Positions 39,492 to 49,286 of a stretch of 64,000 nucleotides of DNA are shown piece after piece. Source of the DNA: an uncultured delta proteobacterium (GTDB taxonomy: Bacteria > Desulfobacterota > Desulfomonilia > Desulfomonilales > Desulfomonilaceae); assembly GCA_963729795.1 (NCBI GenBank), contig CAVSPC010000054.1, forward strand, positions 1 to 64,000. Direction: 5' to 3'. Position 1 is the first letter of the stretch. The number at the start of each line of letters is the position of its first letter. The position numbers were made by a program, and so were the translations under genes. The notes below the pieces were generated by a model. It made no database searches, had not been told where the DNA came from, and saw only the letters and a program-made list of their open reading frames with translations.

Positions 39492-39725
39492 ATGAAAAGA
39501 ATCAAGGTTCTATTCGGTAGGCATGAGTTTCACTTACTGATTTTTTGCCTCAGTGTGGTTCTTTTTAGCTGGCCTCTGATTTCTTCTTCGGACCTCGATC
39601 ACATAGATGCAATGTTTGTCTATCTTTTTGTTTGCTGGACTGTTGTCATTTTCCTTCAATTTCTCATAAGCCGAGTTCTGCTGCCCCCTCATTCTTCCCA
39701 GCCGACCGACGACAGCGACCAATAG
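39492..39725 (+). CDS. Small two-helix membrane protein upstream of the sensor kinase (CbrX/DUF4212-like position)
   Basis: 77 aa with two hydrophobic helices. Its stop is 9 nt before the kinase start. Confidence 0.4.
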   Translation: MKRIKVLFGRHEFHLLIFCLSVVLFSWPLISSSDLDHIDAMFVYLFVCWTVVIFLQFLISRVLLPPHSSQPTDDSDQ

Positions 39726-39734
39726 GGGTTCTCT

Positions 39735-42497
39735 GTGCTCGACTCCTTCTCAGTCCTGATGGTTTTCTGCCTCTATATGGGGATCCTTTTTCTCACCGCC
39801 CTGTGGGTGGAACGGAGGTCAGCGGAAGCCAAGAGCCCGGTGGACAACTCCATTGTTTATTCCCTTTCTCTCGGGGTTTATTGCACTGCCTGGACGTATT
39901 ACGGGAGCGTCGGAAAAGCGGCAACATCGGGACTGCTATTTCTTCCCATATATCTCGGCCCCACGATAGTCATAACCCTGTGGTGGATAGTGCTTAGAAA
40001 GCTGGTAAGGATAAAGACCATCCACCATATAACGAGCATCGCGGATTTCATTTCAGCCAGATACGACAAGTCCCTTTCCGTCGGCGCACTTGCTACACTG
40101 ATGGCACTGATCGGGACCATGCCTTACATTGCTCTACAGTTTAAAGCCATCTTCACCACTTTTGAAATAATCACGTCAGAGAAAGGGGCACCTCCTTCTT
40201 GGATCACTCTCCATCTGGGGCCCGTGGTAGTCGGCCTAATGATAGTTTTCACCATAGTGTTGGGTGTAAGGCGACTGGATCCCACTGAGCGACATCCCGG
40301 GCTGATAATGGCCGTAGCGGTAGAATGCCTCGTTAAGCTGGTGGCTTTCCTTGCGGCCGGGGTCTTCGTCACTTACTTCATGTTTGGAGGATTCGGGGAC
40401 ATATTGAACCGACTTTCAACCGAACTCCCCGCACAAATTGTCCCTACGTGGAATGGCGATCAGGCATGGTCAGTCACATGGATGACTTATCTCATTCTGT
40501 CCATGTCTGCAATAATGTTTTTGCCGCGCCAGTTTCATATAAGTGTAGTGGAGAATTTTGACGAGAAGCACATCCGCACCTCCCTCTGGCTCTTTCCTCT
40601 TTACATGTTACTAATCAATATCTTTGTGTTTCCCATTGCGATGGGCGGGATACTCAAGGGATACAGCCCGTGGGAAGCGGACACGTTTGTCCTGGGGCTG
40701 CCGCTTCATGCGGGACACAAATGGCTGTCCTTGCTCGTTTTCATTGGAGGTGCCTCTGCTGCCACAGGCATGATAATGATAAGTTCCATCACGATCTCCA
40801 CCATGATTACAAATCATTTCTTGTCGCCCGCGGTGGGTCGAGTTCCAGGGCTTGCATTTCTTAGAAGACGACTCCTTCACTGCCGTTGGGCCGCCGTTGC
40901 CCTTGTAATTCTAATAGGATATTGGTTCGAGCGGGGGGTGGGCGAGTCGTATATGCTCGTGAATATCGGGATGATATCGTTTGCTGCTGCCTTTCAGTTC
41001 GCTCCGGTAATACTAGGAGGAATTTTCTGGCGCCGTGGTAACAAGGCGGGGGCCCTTATGGGCCTAGCCGCAGGATTTGCAATCTGGTTTTACACTTTGT
41101 TGTTGCCCGCGTTCGTCCGGAGCGGGTGGATTGCTAACAAATTTCTTGAGGAGGGGCTCTGGGGCATTGCTTTTCTCCGACCTGAGCACCTCTTTGGGGT
41201 CCGCTCATTAGATTCTTTGTCCCACACCGTTTTCTGGTCAATTGTTTTCAACACGGGACTATACATTCTCGGATCTCTTGTTTTTAAGCAAAGCCCCTCG
41301 GAACAAAGTCTCGCGGAAAACTTTGTAGGATCTTTGACCGCCGAACAAGCGCTAAGCGGATCATCACGCCGGGAATCCCACATAGACCTGGCTTTGAAGG
41401 CTGGAATAATAGCAGAGCTTTTCGGTCAGTTCTTCTCGGAGGAAGAAGCCCGCACCATGACCCTGAAATGCCTGCGTCAGGCGCTTCTCGAGGCCACAGA
41501 CAGGATTTCGATAGTCGAACTGGCGCAACTGCACAGCGAGGTCGAGAGACTTCTCGCCGGCTCTGTGGGAGCAGCTTCAGCCCACCGTATACTGGCACAA
41601 TCCGATCTGTTCACCGAGCAGGAAGCTAGAGATCTTTCAGAAGTGTACGCCGAGATACTTGCGGGTTTGAAGGTCACGCCGGACGACCTGAAACGGCGGA
41701 TCGACTATCATCAGGAACGGGAAGCGCTTCTTGCCCAGCATGCTTCAGAACTCGAGGCAAAAGTTCGAGAACGCACTCGAGATTTGGAAGCTGCTCAGGG
41801 GGAATTGATAAAGCGGGAGCGGCTGTCGGTGCTTGGCCAGCTCACGGCGGTCGTCAGTCATGAGCTAAGAAACCCACTCGGGGTGATCAGCTTTTCGGCT
41901 TATTATCTCTCTAAGAATATTAAAGAGCTAGATGAAAAACTCACGAAGCACCTCAATCGGATCGGAGAACAAGTCGGGCATTGCGACCTGATTATCGACG
42001 AATTATTGGAATACACACGGGAGACTCGGTCATCACTTGCAAAAAGTGAGATCAATCCGTGGCTGGAAACGGTCCTTGACCAAATTTCCACGCCCAAGGG
42101 AATCACTTTGAAGCGGGAATTAGCTTCCGACCTACCTCCGGTCATCTTCGACGGTGAGAAGTTCCGCCGAGTCGTTATCAACCTTGTTGAAAACGCGTTT
42201 CACGCGGTGCAGGCACGAAGCGCCAAAGAGAGAGGCTCCTACCGGCCGCTTGTCACCGTCTCTACCTCCATGAAAGACGATGTAGTTAACATTAAGCTTG
42301 CGGACAATGGAATCGGGATGGATACTGAACAGGAATCGCGGGCCTTTGAACCTCTGTTTACCACCAAGCCGCGCGGTACAGGCCTAGGGCTCGCAGTGGT
42401 TAAGAAAGTTGTGGAAGAGCATCAAGGTCGAGTGTCGCTTTTGAGCCGGCGCAATCACGGGACTACCGTCACAGTTTCCCTAACGGTTGCACGGTAA
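39735..42497 (+). CDS. Hybrid sensor histidine kinase with an N-terminal sodium:solute symporter (SSF)-like domain, CrbS/CbrA-like
   Basis: About 13 TM helices of SSF type at the N-terminus, a linker with a coiled coil, a HisKA H-box (VVSHELRNPLGVIS), and a HATPase_c domain (N-box VENAFHA, G-box GTGLGLAVVK). Confidence 0.85.
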   Translation: MLDSFSVLMVFCLYMGILFLTALWVERRSAEAKSPVDNSIVYSLSLGVYCTAWTYYGSVGKAATSGLLFLPIYLGPTIVITLWWIVLRKLVRIKTIHHITSIADFISARYDKSLSVGALATLMALIGTMPYIALQFKAIFTTFEIITSEKGAPPSWITLHLGPVVVGLMIVFTIVLGVRRLDPTERHPGLIMAVAVECLVKLVAFLAAGVFVTYFMFGGFGDILNRLSTELPAQIVPTWNGDQAWSVTWMTYLILSMSAIMFLPRQFHISVVENFDEKHIRTSLWLFPLYMLLINIFVFPIAMGGILKGYSPWEADTFVLGLPLHAGHKWLSLLVFIGGASAATGMIMISSITISTMITNHFLSPAVGRVPGLAFLRRRLLHCRWAAVALVILIGYWFERGVGESYMLVNIGMISFAAAFQFAPVILGGIFWRRGNKAGALMGLAAGFAIWFYTLLLPAFVRSGWIANKFLEEGLWGIAFLRPEHLFGVRSLDSLSHTVFWSIVFNTGLYILGSLVFKQSPSEQSLAENFVGSLTAEQALSGSSRRESHIDLALKAGIIAELFGQFFSEEEARTMTLKCLRQALLEATDRISIVELAQLHSEVERLLAGSVGAASAHRILAQSDLFTEQEARDLSEVYAEILAGLKVTPDDLKRRIDYHQEREALLAQHASELEAKVRERTRDLEAAQGELIKRERLSVLGQLTAVVSHELRNPLGVISFSAYYLSKNIKELDEKLTKHLNRIGEQVGHCDLIIDELLEYTRETRSSLAKSEINPWLETVLDQISTPKGITLKRELASDLPPVIFDGEKFRRVVINLVENAFHAVQARSAKERGSYRPLVTVSTSMKDDVVNIKLADNGIGMDTEQESRAFEPLFTTKPRGTGLGLAVVKKVVEEHQGRVSLLSRRNHGTTVTVSLTVAR

Positions 42498-42547
42498 GCC
42501 ATCTCACGGGCAGGCCTCCAGGACTAACCGGATCGGAGGATATTACT

Positions 42548-42913
42548 GTGAAAAGGCGCATCCTTCTAGTGGACGACAATGAGCTATTTCTTGACAGTGC
42601 CCGCGACGTATTGGAAAGTGAAGGCTATGCAGTGATTACCGCAGAAAGCGGTGAGGAGGCCCTGGCCCGGATACGTTCCGAATATTTTCCGGTTGTCGTC
42701 ATGGACATTAAAATGGCGGGGCTGGACGGTGTTGCAACCTTTGTAGAAATGAAAAGGGTTAGGCCGGGCATACGGGTTATAATGTGCACAGCGCATCTGA
42801 TGGAACATCTAATCCGCAGGGCTGAAGAGGCGGGAGCATTTGCGGTCCTCAAGAAGCCCTTCCGGATCGCCCTGCTCCTGGACGCCATAGAAGATGCCTT
42901 CCGGGTCGAGTAG
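42548..42913 (+). CDS. Single-domain response regulator (CheY-like receiver only)
   Basis: 121 aa with LLVDDN, a phospho-acceptor Asp in VVVMDIKMAGLDG, and a conserved K in LKKPF. GTG start with a GGAGGA RBS. Confidence 0.8.
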   Translation: MKRRILLVDDNELFLDSARDVLESEGYAVITAESGEEALARIRSEYFPVVVMDIKMAGLDGVATFVEMKRVRPGIRVIMCTAHLMEHLIRRAEEAGAFAVLKKPFRIALLLDAIEDAFRVE

Positions 42914-43080
42914 GCCGAACTACGAGTACGGCGTAAGCGATTCCGGATTTCATTTGACAATTTTGGCTTATGTGCCACATCCAGCCGACTTTTTTCGGTG
43001 AGCCGCCCGGGCCCGATCACGATTCCTCGTATTCGTGAATTGCCTGGAAATTGCGGAAATTCTGAGTGAAGGGAACGATC

Positions 43081-43632
43081 ATGACGATGACGAGTTTCTT
43101 GAGGAAGATTTTTCCGAACAAGAGGCCGCCTAGTGAAAACGCTCGCAGAATTCTCATAGTGGATGATGATGAGAGCCTAAGCGATAGCCTTAAAGATATC
43201 CTAGAGGGAGAGGGCTACGACATCCTTCTGGCTTCCACAAGGGCTAGGGCGACTGAACTGGCCCAAGAGGCACTACCTAGCTTGGCCATAGTGGACCTCA
43301 AACTCCCGGACGGGTCCGGCACCGCGCTCCTGTCTGAACTGAACAGTGTGGCTCCGGGAATTACCTGCATACTCATGACAGCCTACGCCGACGTGGACTC
43401 TGCGGTCCTTGCCATTGAGAAAGGGGCTTTTTATTACCTACGCAAACCAGTGGACCCGCCTGAGCTTGTTGAATTGGTGGACCTTGCATTTGAGACAATT
43501 CGTCTCAAGGACGAAAAGTTGAAGGCAGAGGAGGCACTTAAAGCTAGAAACAAAGAGCTTGAGGAAACTGTCGAGCGACTTCAGAAGCTTACGGACCAGA
43601 GTACCGGTCAAAATCCTTCAAGGCGAAAGTAA
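43081..43632 (+). CDS. Response regulator: receiver domain plus a C-terminal coiled coil, with no DNA-binding domain
   Basis: ILIVDDDESL, acceptor Asp in LAIVDLKLPDGSG, K in LRKP, then a KLKAEEALKARNKELEETVERLQKL coiled coil. Confidence 0.75.
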   Translation: MTMTSFLRKIFPNKRPPSENARRILIVDDDESLSDSLKDILEGEGYDILLASTRARATELAQEALPSLAIVDLKLPDGSGTALLSELNSVAPGITCILMTAYADVDSAVLAIEKGAFYYLRKPVDPPELVELVDLAFETIRLKDEKLKAEEALKARNKELEETVERLQKLTDQSTGQNPSRRK

Positions 43633-43637
43633 GAGAT

Positions 43638-44345
43638 TCAAAATAGCCCCAGGCTGCTTCGGCTCATTGTATGAAGGTCTATCAGAGTTTTGCATCCGAA
43701 GCCTTGCATCTTTTTGACTATGAACACAAACAAGCACGCTGCCTGGAATGCATCTCCGAGGGCGTCGTGCTGTTCGAATGTCGGCAGATGGTATTTACGA
43801 GAGAGCGTTTTAAGGTTGTATCCGGCTGCCACTTCGATCCTGTCATAATAGCTCCCGAGTTGCCGCTCTTCATAAACCTGGGTCAGCTTCATGGAATCCA
43901 GGCAAGGGTTTCGCAAGGTCCCGCCCAGAAGTTTTCGTGCAGCCCTATTTATAAACGCCAGGTCTAGCCCGATGAAATGACCTACCAACAGAGCGTCACC
44001 TAGGAAATCCACAAAGTCAGGCAGAATCTTCTTCAGTTCCGGTGCGCTTTCGATCTGATCCGGAGTTATCCGGTGAATCAATGTGCTCACCTTGGGCATG
44101 GACTGCTGAGGTTTCACGTACGAAAAAAATGTTTCTCCCGTGATTATTTGTAAGCCATCTATGCGCACTGCCCCGATAGACACTATTGCATCGTGACGCA
44201 GGTTGAGCCCGGTCAGTTCGGTGTCAAGGGACACAAACTGGTATGTTTCTATTGGCTTGGTCCGGTCAAATCGTTCGAAGCGCCTGCGGTTTGCAATGAT
44301 TGCGGGGTGCTTATCGTTGCGAATCCATGGCCACTTCAACTTCAC
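43638..44345 (-). CDS. DnaQ-like 3'-5' exonuclease (DEDDh family)
   Basis: Exo I motif VSLDTELTGL, Exo II motif around LLVGHFIGLDLAF, and Exo III motif HDALGDAFQAA. It lies immediately downstream of the two DUF294 genes. Confidence 0.75.
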   Translation of the reverse strand: MKLKWPWIRNDKHPAIIANRRRFERFDRTKPIETYQFVSLDTELTGLNLRHDAIVSIGAVRIDGLQIITGETFFSYVKPQQSMPKVSTLIHRITPDQIESAPELKKILPDFVDFLGDALLVGHFIGLDLAFINRAARKLLGGTLRNPCLDSMKLTQVYEERQLGSYYDRIEVAAGYNLKTLSRKYHLPTFEQHDALGDAFQAACLFVFIVKKMQGFGCKTLIDLHTMSRSSLGLF

Positions 44346-44391
44346 AAAAATTCTCCCTTATCGGATGGCAGAACCTTATTATGAGCGGTTG

Positions 44392-46323
44392 CTATTCCAC
44401 AATTCTGATCTCTTCTTTTAGAAACGCCTGAATGTTGCTGATGACGCCGAATGCTTCCTTGAGAGTTTGTCTTTCTGTGTCGGTCAAGTCCACCGGATCA
44501 ATGTAATTGTCTGGGATCAGCCCGGCCAAAAGTCTTCTGAGTTGATGAACGAGGCGTACCTGCATTTGGAATTCGTAGGCTTCCCGTACCTCGGCGTAGA
44601 ACCCTCGAGGAATATGCTCGCCGTCTGCCAGAGCCTTCAATCTGGCAAGGGTATTAGTCTCCTTGATGCCGTATTTCAATGACATGACACGTGCAAAATC
44701 CACGAAAGGAACCAGTCCTCGAGTTTTGAGATCGACGCGATTCTTATGCTGGCCGTCTTTTTCCACGACAAATTCTCTGAAAAAGGTCAGAGGCGCTCTG
44801 CCGGTGAGGCAATCTTTGGCCAGAAACATTAAGAAGAGTTCTCTTCTCGGGGCCACTTCGGCCACATACTCTCTGAGACGGTCTCCGAGGGAAAAACTGC
44901 CATAACCCGGCCGGAAATCGAAGAAGATGGTGGCATGAAGGACAGCCTGGGGCTCCGGAGACGTCATCCAACGGTCAAAATAACCTTCCCAGACTTTGGA
45001 AGGCTTGCGCCAATTGGGCGTCGATGCCATCATCTTTCCTTTGCACAGGGCGTACCCGCATGCTTCAAGATGCTTCACAGCTTCGTTTCCGAATCTGCGA
45101 AAGTACAGTTTAGCTGTCTTGATGCGTTCCCAGTCGTCCGGTGGGTTGTCATAAAGCAAGGCATTGTCTTGATCCGTGGCAAAGGTTTGTTCGAAACGCC
45201 CTTCGCTGCCTAACATGAGCCAGCACCACCGATATGGGGCGGGCCCGATTTCTTCTTCCAGCAATGCCAGGACGCGGGTAACGATGTGGTCGTTAAGAGC
45301 AGCTACCATCCTCGTAATATCTTGTGCTTTGCCACCTTCTTGAATGAGAGCCGCAACAACAAGAGGCACTTTTTCCCCGAGAGAGTATAGGCCGTCAATG
45401 GTGCGCTGCGAAACAATTTCTCTGAAAAGCGAGATAGGCGAAGTCCCTTGCTGGATCATTATGTCGTGAGCTGTAATCATGCCGATAAGATCCCCATCTC
45501 TTTCCACACCGAGATGGTGCACCTGTTGATTCATCATCTGCAGCAACGCGTCGAAAGCCGGTGCGGTGTCGGGCACGAATTTGACCGGGGCAGACGCCAC
45601 GGATTGGACTGAACTGCCATAATCCAAGCCCTTTGCCACAACTTTGGTCCTAAGATCGTTGTCCGTGACGATACCAGCCACTTTTCCAGCTTGGTCTACT
45701 ACCAGTAGGGAGCCCAGCGAGAGATCGGTCATTTTGCGGGCGGCCGCCTGAACAGTTTCATACCCGTTTATAACTTCGGCCGGTCTCTTGACGATATCTT
45801 TCACTCTGGCGGTAAATAGGAACAAGCCACCTCGATTTGACCCAATTCTTTTTTGATCTCGCATCTCAGCGTACGCTGCGCCGACCACGTCGACGGAAAA
45901 CCTGTCCAAATAGTACTGTGCAAAGGCAGGATAACTATGAACGAGTCTGAGAAACACTTCCCTTTCCAGGAGATAGCAAAAAGTATCCTCTTCAGCCTGA
46001 ACCATGTGATTGGACCGGGACTGCTTTATGATGCCAAGCGCTCCAAAATAGCCCCGCTCCCCGACAAAATCGATAAGCTTAACCGAACCATCCGGCTCTA
46101 TGTGCTGGACCTTGACTCCTCCTCGCGTGACAAGTTGAAAGTGAGTAACTTCACTAATGCCTTGCTCGAGGATGATCGTCCCCCTTGGATAAAAATCCTG
46201 GGTGACTTTTGCCGAAACCTCCTTCAAGACGGAGAGTTCCAGATCTTTGAAAGGATGTGTCCGGCTGAGGAATTCCAGCACGGCTGCCGGGTCTGCGGCG
46301 GGAATCTCGTTTTGCTTCTCCAT
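44392..46323 (-). CDS. Signal-transduction protein: cNMP-binding domain, CBS pair, DUF294 GlnD-like nucleotidyltransferase and DUF294_C
   Basis: 643 aa. It has an N-terminal cNMP-binding-like beta-roll (GTIILEQGISEVTHFQLVTRGGVKV), two CBS motifs (GSLLVVDQAGKVAGIVTDNDL and HLGVERDGDLIGMITAHDIM), a nucleotidyltransferase motif LGSEGRFEQTFATDQDNALL (G-S...D-x-D), and a C-terminal helical domain. Confidence 0.85.
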   Translation of the reverse strand: MEKQNEIPAADPAAVLEFLSRTHPFKDLELSVLKEVSAKVTQDFYPRGTIILEQGISEVTHFQLVTRGGVKVQHIEPDGSVKLIDFVGERGYFGALGIIKQSRSNHMVQAEEDTFCYLLEREVFLRLVHSYPAFAQYYLDRFSVDVVGAAYAEMRDQKRIGSNRGGLFLFTARVKDIVKRPAEVINGYETVQAAARKMTDLSLGSLLVVDQAGKVAGIVTDNDLRTKVVAKGLDYGSSVQSVASAPVKFVPDTAPAFDALLQMMNQQVHHLGVERDGDLIGMITAHDIMIQQGTSPISLFREIVSQRTIDGLYSLGEKVPLVVAALIQEGGKAQDITRMVAALNDHIVTRVLALLEEEIGPAPYRWCWLMLGSEGRFEQTFATDQDNALLYDNPPDDWERIKTAKLYFRRFGNEAVKHLEACGYALCKGKMMASTPNWRKPSKVWEGYFDRWMTSPEPQAVLHATIFFDFRPGYGSFSLGDRLREYVAEVAPRRELFLMFLAKDCLTGRAPLTFFREFVVEKDGQHKNRVDLKTRGLVPFVDFARVMSLKYGIKETNTLARLKALADGEHIPRGFYAEVREAYEFQMQVRLVHQLRRLLAGLIPDNYIDPVDLTDTERQTLKEAFGVISNIQAFLKEEIRIVE

Positions 46324-46421
46324 TGACTTCCCTCTATCTATGTTTGTCCCTCAGAGCGCCCAGGCGCTTGCCGTCATTTCAATTCCTCGGCTCCAGAACC
46401 CTCGTAGTCAGGATGTCTAAG

Positions 46422-48368
46422 CTATCTTGCGCCGGGCTCCGGGAATCCATGTTGAAACTCACTTCTAACATGCGCCATCAGTCGTTGTATTACCGAAAAA
46501 GAAAATTGCAGAGTTTTCCTCTCCAGTTCGGAAAGCTCCGCGGCCAATACAAAGTTCTCCGGCTTTCGACCGGTCTCAACCATTTTGAGTTGGTGCACCA
46601 GCGTAAGATGGACGTCGAATTCGTAAGCTTGACTCGCATCAGCGTACAAGGCCAGCGGAATGTGGCCTTTATCCGCGAGAAGCCTAAGCCTTGCCAACGT
46701 GTTGGTTTCTCTGATTCCGTGTCGTAGAGACATGATGCGCGCAAATTCGACAAAAGGAGTCAGAGTTCTGGTTTTTAGATCCAATGCTTCAACCTTTGTG
46801 TCGTCTTTTTCCACAACAGAGTCGGAATAGAAAGTTACCGGCGGCTCGTTCAGCAAGAAATATTTGACGAAGTATTTTAGGAACTTATGTTGCCTTCCCG
46901 CTCTTTCTAGCACAGTTGTCCGGAGGTCCTCCGCAAGGTAAGCACTTCCTGCTACAGGTCGAAAATCAAAAAATATTGTCGAAAGGAATATGTCCGGCGG
47001 CATCGGCATGGTTATCCACTCGTCGAAACATTTAACCCATGACTTGAAACCCTGGCACCAGCGCGGGTTGGAAGACATGAAGTTGTTCTTGCATCGCGGA
47101 TTTCCGGACTTTTCAAGATGTTCCACTGCCTGAGTCGCAAAGGTCAGAAAATACTCTTGAGCCTTCTTCCGATCCCCTGCGTCAAGCAATGACTCGTGGA
47201 TCAACGCATTGTCCTGATCTGTTCTGAATGTCTGTTCTCTTCGGCCTTCGCTCCCCAGACCGAGCCAGCAAAACGAACAGGGCGGATCTCCCAAGTCTTC
47301 CATTATAATCGTGAGAATGCGGTTAAGAAGATGATCGCTGAACACGGTAAGCATCTGGGTGACACTTGCAGCTCTAGCACCCGCCTCAAGCAAGCTTCTA
47401 ACGAGGATCGGCACCTTCCTGGACAAACCGTAAAGCCCCTGAACGGTTCGCTGAGCGGAGATCTCACGAAAAAGATGGAGTGGAGAAGATCCAAGATGCA
47501 CCATCATATCCCGAGCATTAATTAAACCAATGATGTCTCTTCGATGCTCAACCGCAAGGTAATCCACCCGTTCCTGAATCATCGTGACAAGGGCCTCAAA
47601 GCAAAAGGCAAGAGCAGGGATGACCTTGACGGGAGAAGACATGATCCGGTCCACCGAAGCTTCGTAATCCAGCCCCTTGGCCACTACTTTGGTTCTGAGA
47701 TCCAGATTCGTTACTATACCGATGGCCTTGCCTGACAGGTCTTCGACCAACAAGGAACTTACGCCCTGTTTTGCCATCAGCGCGCCAACTTGCCGGACCG
47801 ATGCCGATGCTTGCACCGCTTCCGGCCGATGCTTGATGATGTCCACTATCCTGGTGTTGAACAGATGAAGAGATCCTTCTACTCTAAGACTGACCTTTTC
47901 CGTTCTTAACTCAGTATAAACGACCCCCATCATGTCTTCAGACATGTGTTCGTCGTAGTAGGCGGCAAAACGGGGGTTTTGACTCATTAGGGACAGAAAT
48001 ACCTCTCTGGGAATCAGCAAGCAGAACGTGTCTTCTACGGCCTCCACATCGAATGACGCCTTTTCCCCGTCTACGATTGAAGAAGCCCCGAATGAGGCCC
48101 CTTCGCCGCCGTATTCTTTTAGAGTGACGACTTTCTCGTCCGTAGTCATACTGACCCTCACGCCTCCTGTCTGAATCAGATAAACATGCGTGATGTCAGT
48201 TACATCCTGCTTTAAGATCAACGTTCCTTTGGAAAAATGCGCAAGAGTGCATTCTCTGCACAAATTCTCGATGGTTGTGGGGTCGAGATCGCTAAACGGC
48301 ATGGTCCGGCCCAGGAACTGCAAGACCGCACCGGGAACCACCGCGTAGCTGTTGGCACTTGTCTCCAT
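46422..48368 (-). CDS. Second paralog with the same cNMP-binding / CBS pair / DUF294 nucleotidyltransferase architecture
   Basis: About 50 percent identical to the neighbouring paralog (LGSEGRREQTFRTDQDNALI, CBS motifs conserved). The start is trimmed to the ATG at 48368 (METSANSY...) because it aligns with the paralog N-terminus; the track ORF begins at 48425. Confidence 0.85.
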   Translation of the reverse strand: METSANSYAVVPGAVLQFLGRTMPFSDLDPTTIENLCRECTLAHFSKGTLILKQDVTDITHVYLIQTGGVRVSMTTDEKVVTLKEYGGEGASFGASSIVDGEKASFDVEAVEDTFCLLIPREVFLSLMSQNPRFAAYYDEHMSEDMMGVVYTELRTEKVSLRVEGSLHLFNTRIVDIIKHRPEAVQASASVRQVGALMAKQGVSSLLVEDLSGKAIGIVTNLDLRTKVVAKGLDYEASVDRIMSSPVKVIPALAFCFEALVTMIQERVDYLAVEHRRDIIGLINARDMMVHLGSSPLHLFREISAQRTVQGLYGLSRKVPILVRSLLEAGARAASVTQMLTVFSDHLLNRILTIIMEDLGDPPCSFCWLGLGSEGRREQTFRTDQDNALIHESLLDAGDRKKAQEYFLTFATQAVEHLEKSGNPRCKNNFMSSNPRWCQGFKSWVKCFDEWITMPMPPDIFLSTIFFDFRPVAGSAYLAEDLRTTVLERAGRQHKFLKYFVKYFLLNEPPVTFYSDSVVEKDDTKVEALDLKTRTLTPFVEFARIMSLRHGIRETNTLARLRLLADKGHIPLALYADASQAYEFDVHLTLVHQLKMVETGRKPENFVLAAELSELERKTLQFSFSVIQRLMAHVRSEFQHGFPEPGAR

Positions 48369-49005
48369 AGACTCTCTTACGGAGCGGAAAGATTTGACCT
48401 TTTCAAGCCCCGATTTGAAGCTCATCGCCTCAGTGTCATCGAGATGCCCGCTGAGGTAAATCGGAACTTCCCTTCGAGGTCGTGCCGAATTCTGAGGAGC
48501 AATAAACTGTTGAAGCGTCCGGACCGGGGTCGGTCCCTCTAAACCGTCTTTACCATATCATTGGAAGGTCGGAAAAGCATCAATGGCCATGCCCTTGCTT
48601 GACGACCGAACAGTGAAAACTTGAGAACTCCAGATAATATCCTGATTTGAAGAAGGTTTCTGGCCTGACGGAAAGCCGGGAATTTTTTGTGGTGATCTTA
48701 CTTGACATTTGGTTCCCATACCGATTAAGCTCCGTCCGATAGTATATTATAGTGAACTCTTGTGCAACGTCCTCCAGACACGGGGAATTCCACGATGCGG
48801 ATGTGCAGTTTTGCATATTTCCGTAACGCAGGTGGGGATGGCGTCTTTCCTTCCTAAGATACAGCCCGGCGAGTGTGCAGCGGGTCAGGACGTGTTCGCC
48901 AGCTTTCCGGAATCATACTCTACGGAAATTTTAATAAATCTTTTGGGCGGCATTTGGAGTCCATCCGACGCGGTTAACCTCTGCGTGGATAGGGCCTTTT
49001 AGGGA

Positions 49006-49021
49006 GCCACCGCGCGGTGGC
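49006..49021. promoter_or_regulatory. Perfect 16-bp palindrome GCCACCGCGCGGTGGC in the acs upstream region
   Basis: Read directly. It lies about 265 bp upstream of the acs ATG, in an 860-bp divergent intergenic region. Confidence 0.25.
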
Positions 49022-49286
49022 GGGACCGTGAGGTTCTCAACAACTCTAAAATCGGCTTCCTGATCTTTGGCAGTAGCTGCGATTGACTGCCAGGCTTTGT
49101 CCTTAGCGGCTCTTGGTGGGTTGCTGTAAAGACGAGATGCAGGAAGGACATGGGCCTAAATCTGTGTCTGTGCTCTCAATCTCAGGCCCCCGTCAGTCTT
49201 GCTCCAAAGGATTCCACGTCGGACCGCCGACACGCCTTGCTCCGTGCCGGTCCCCCGGCGAAAAAACAAAAGAGGAGGGTCATTAA

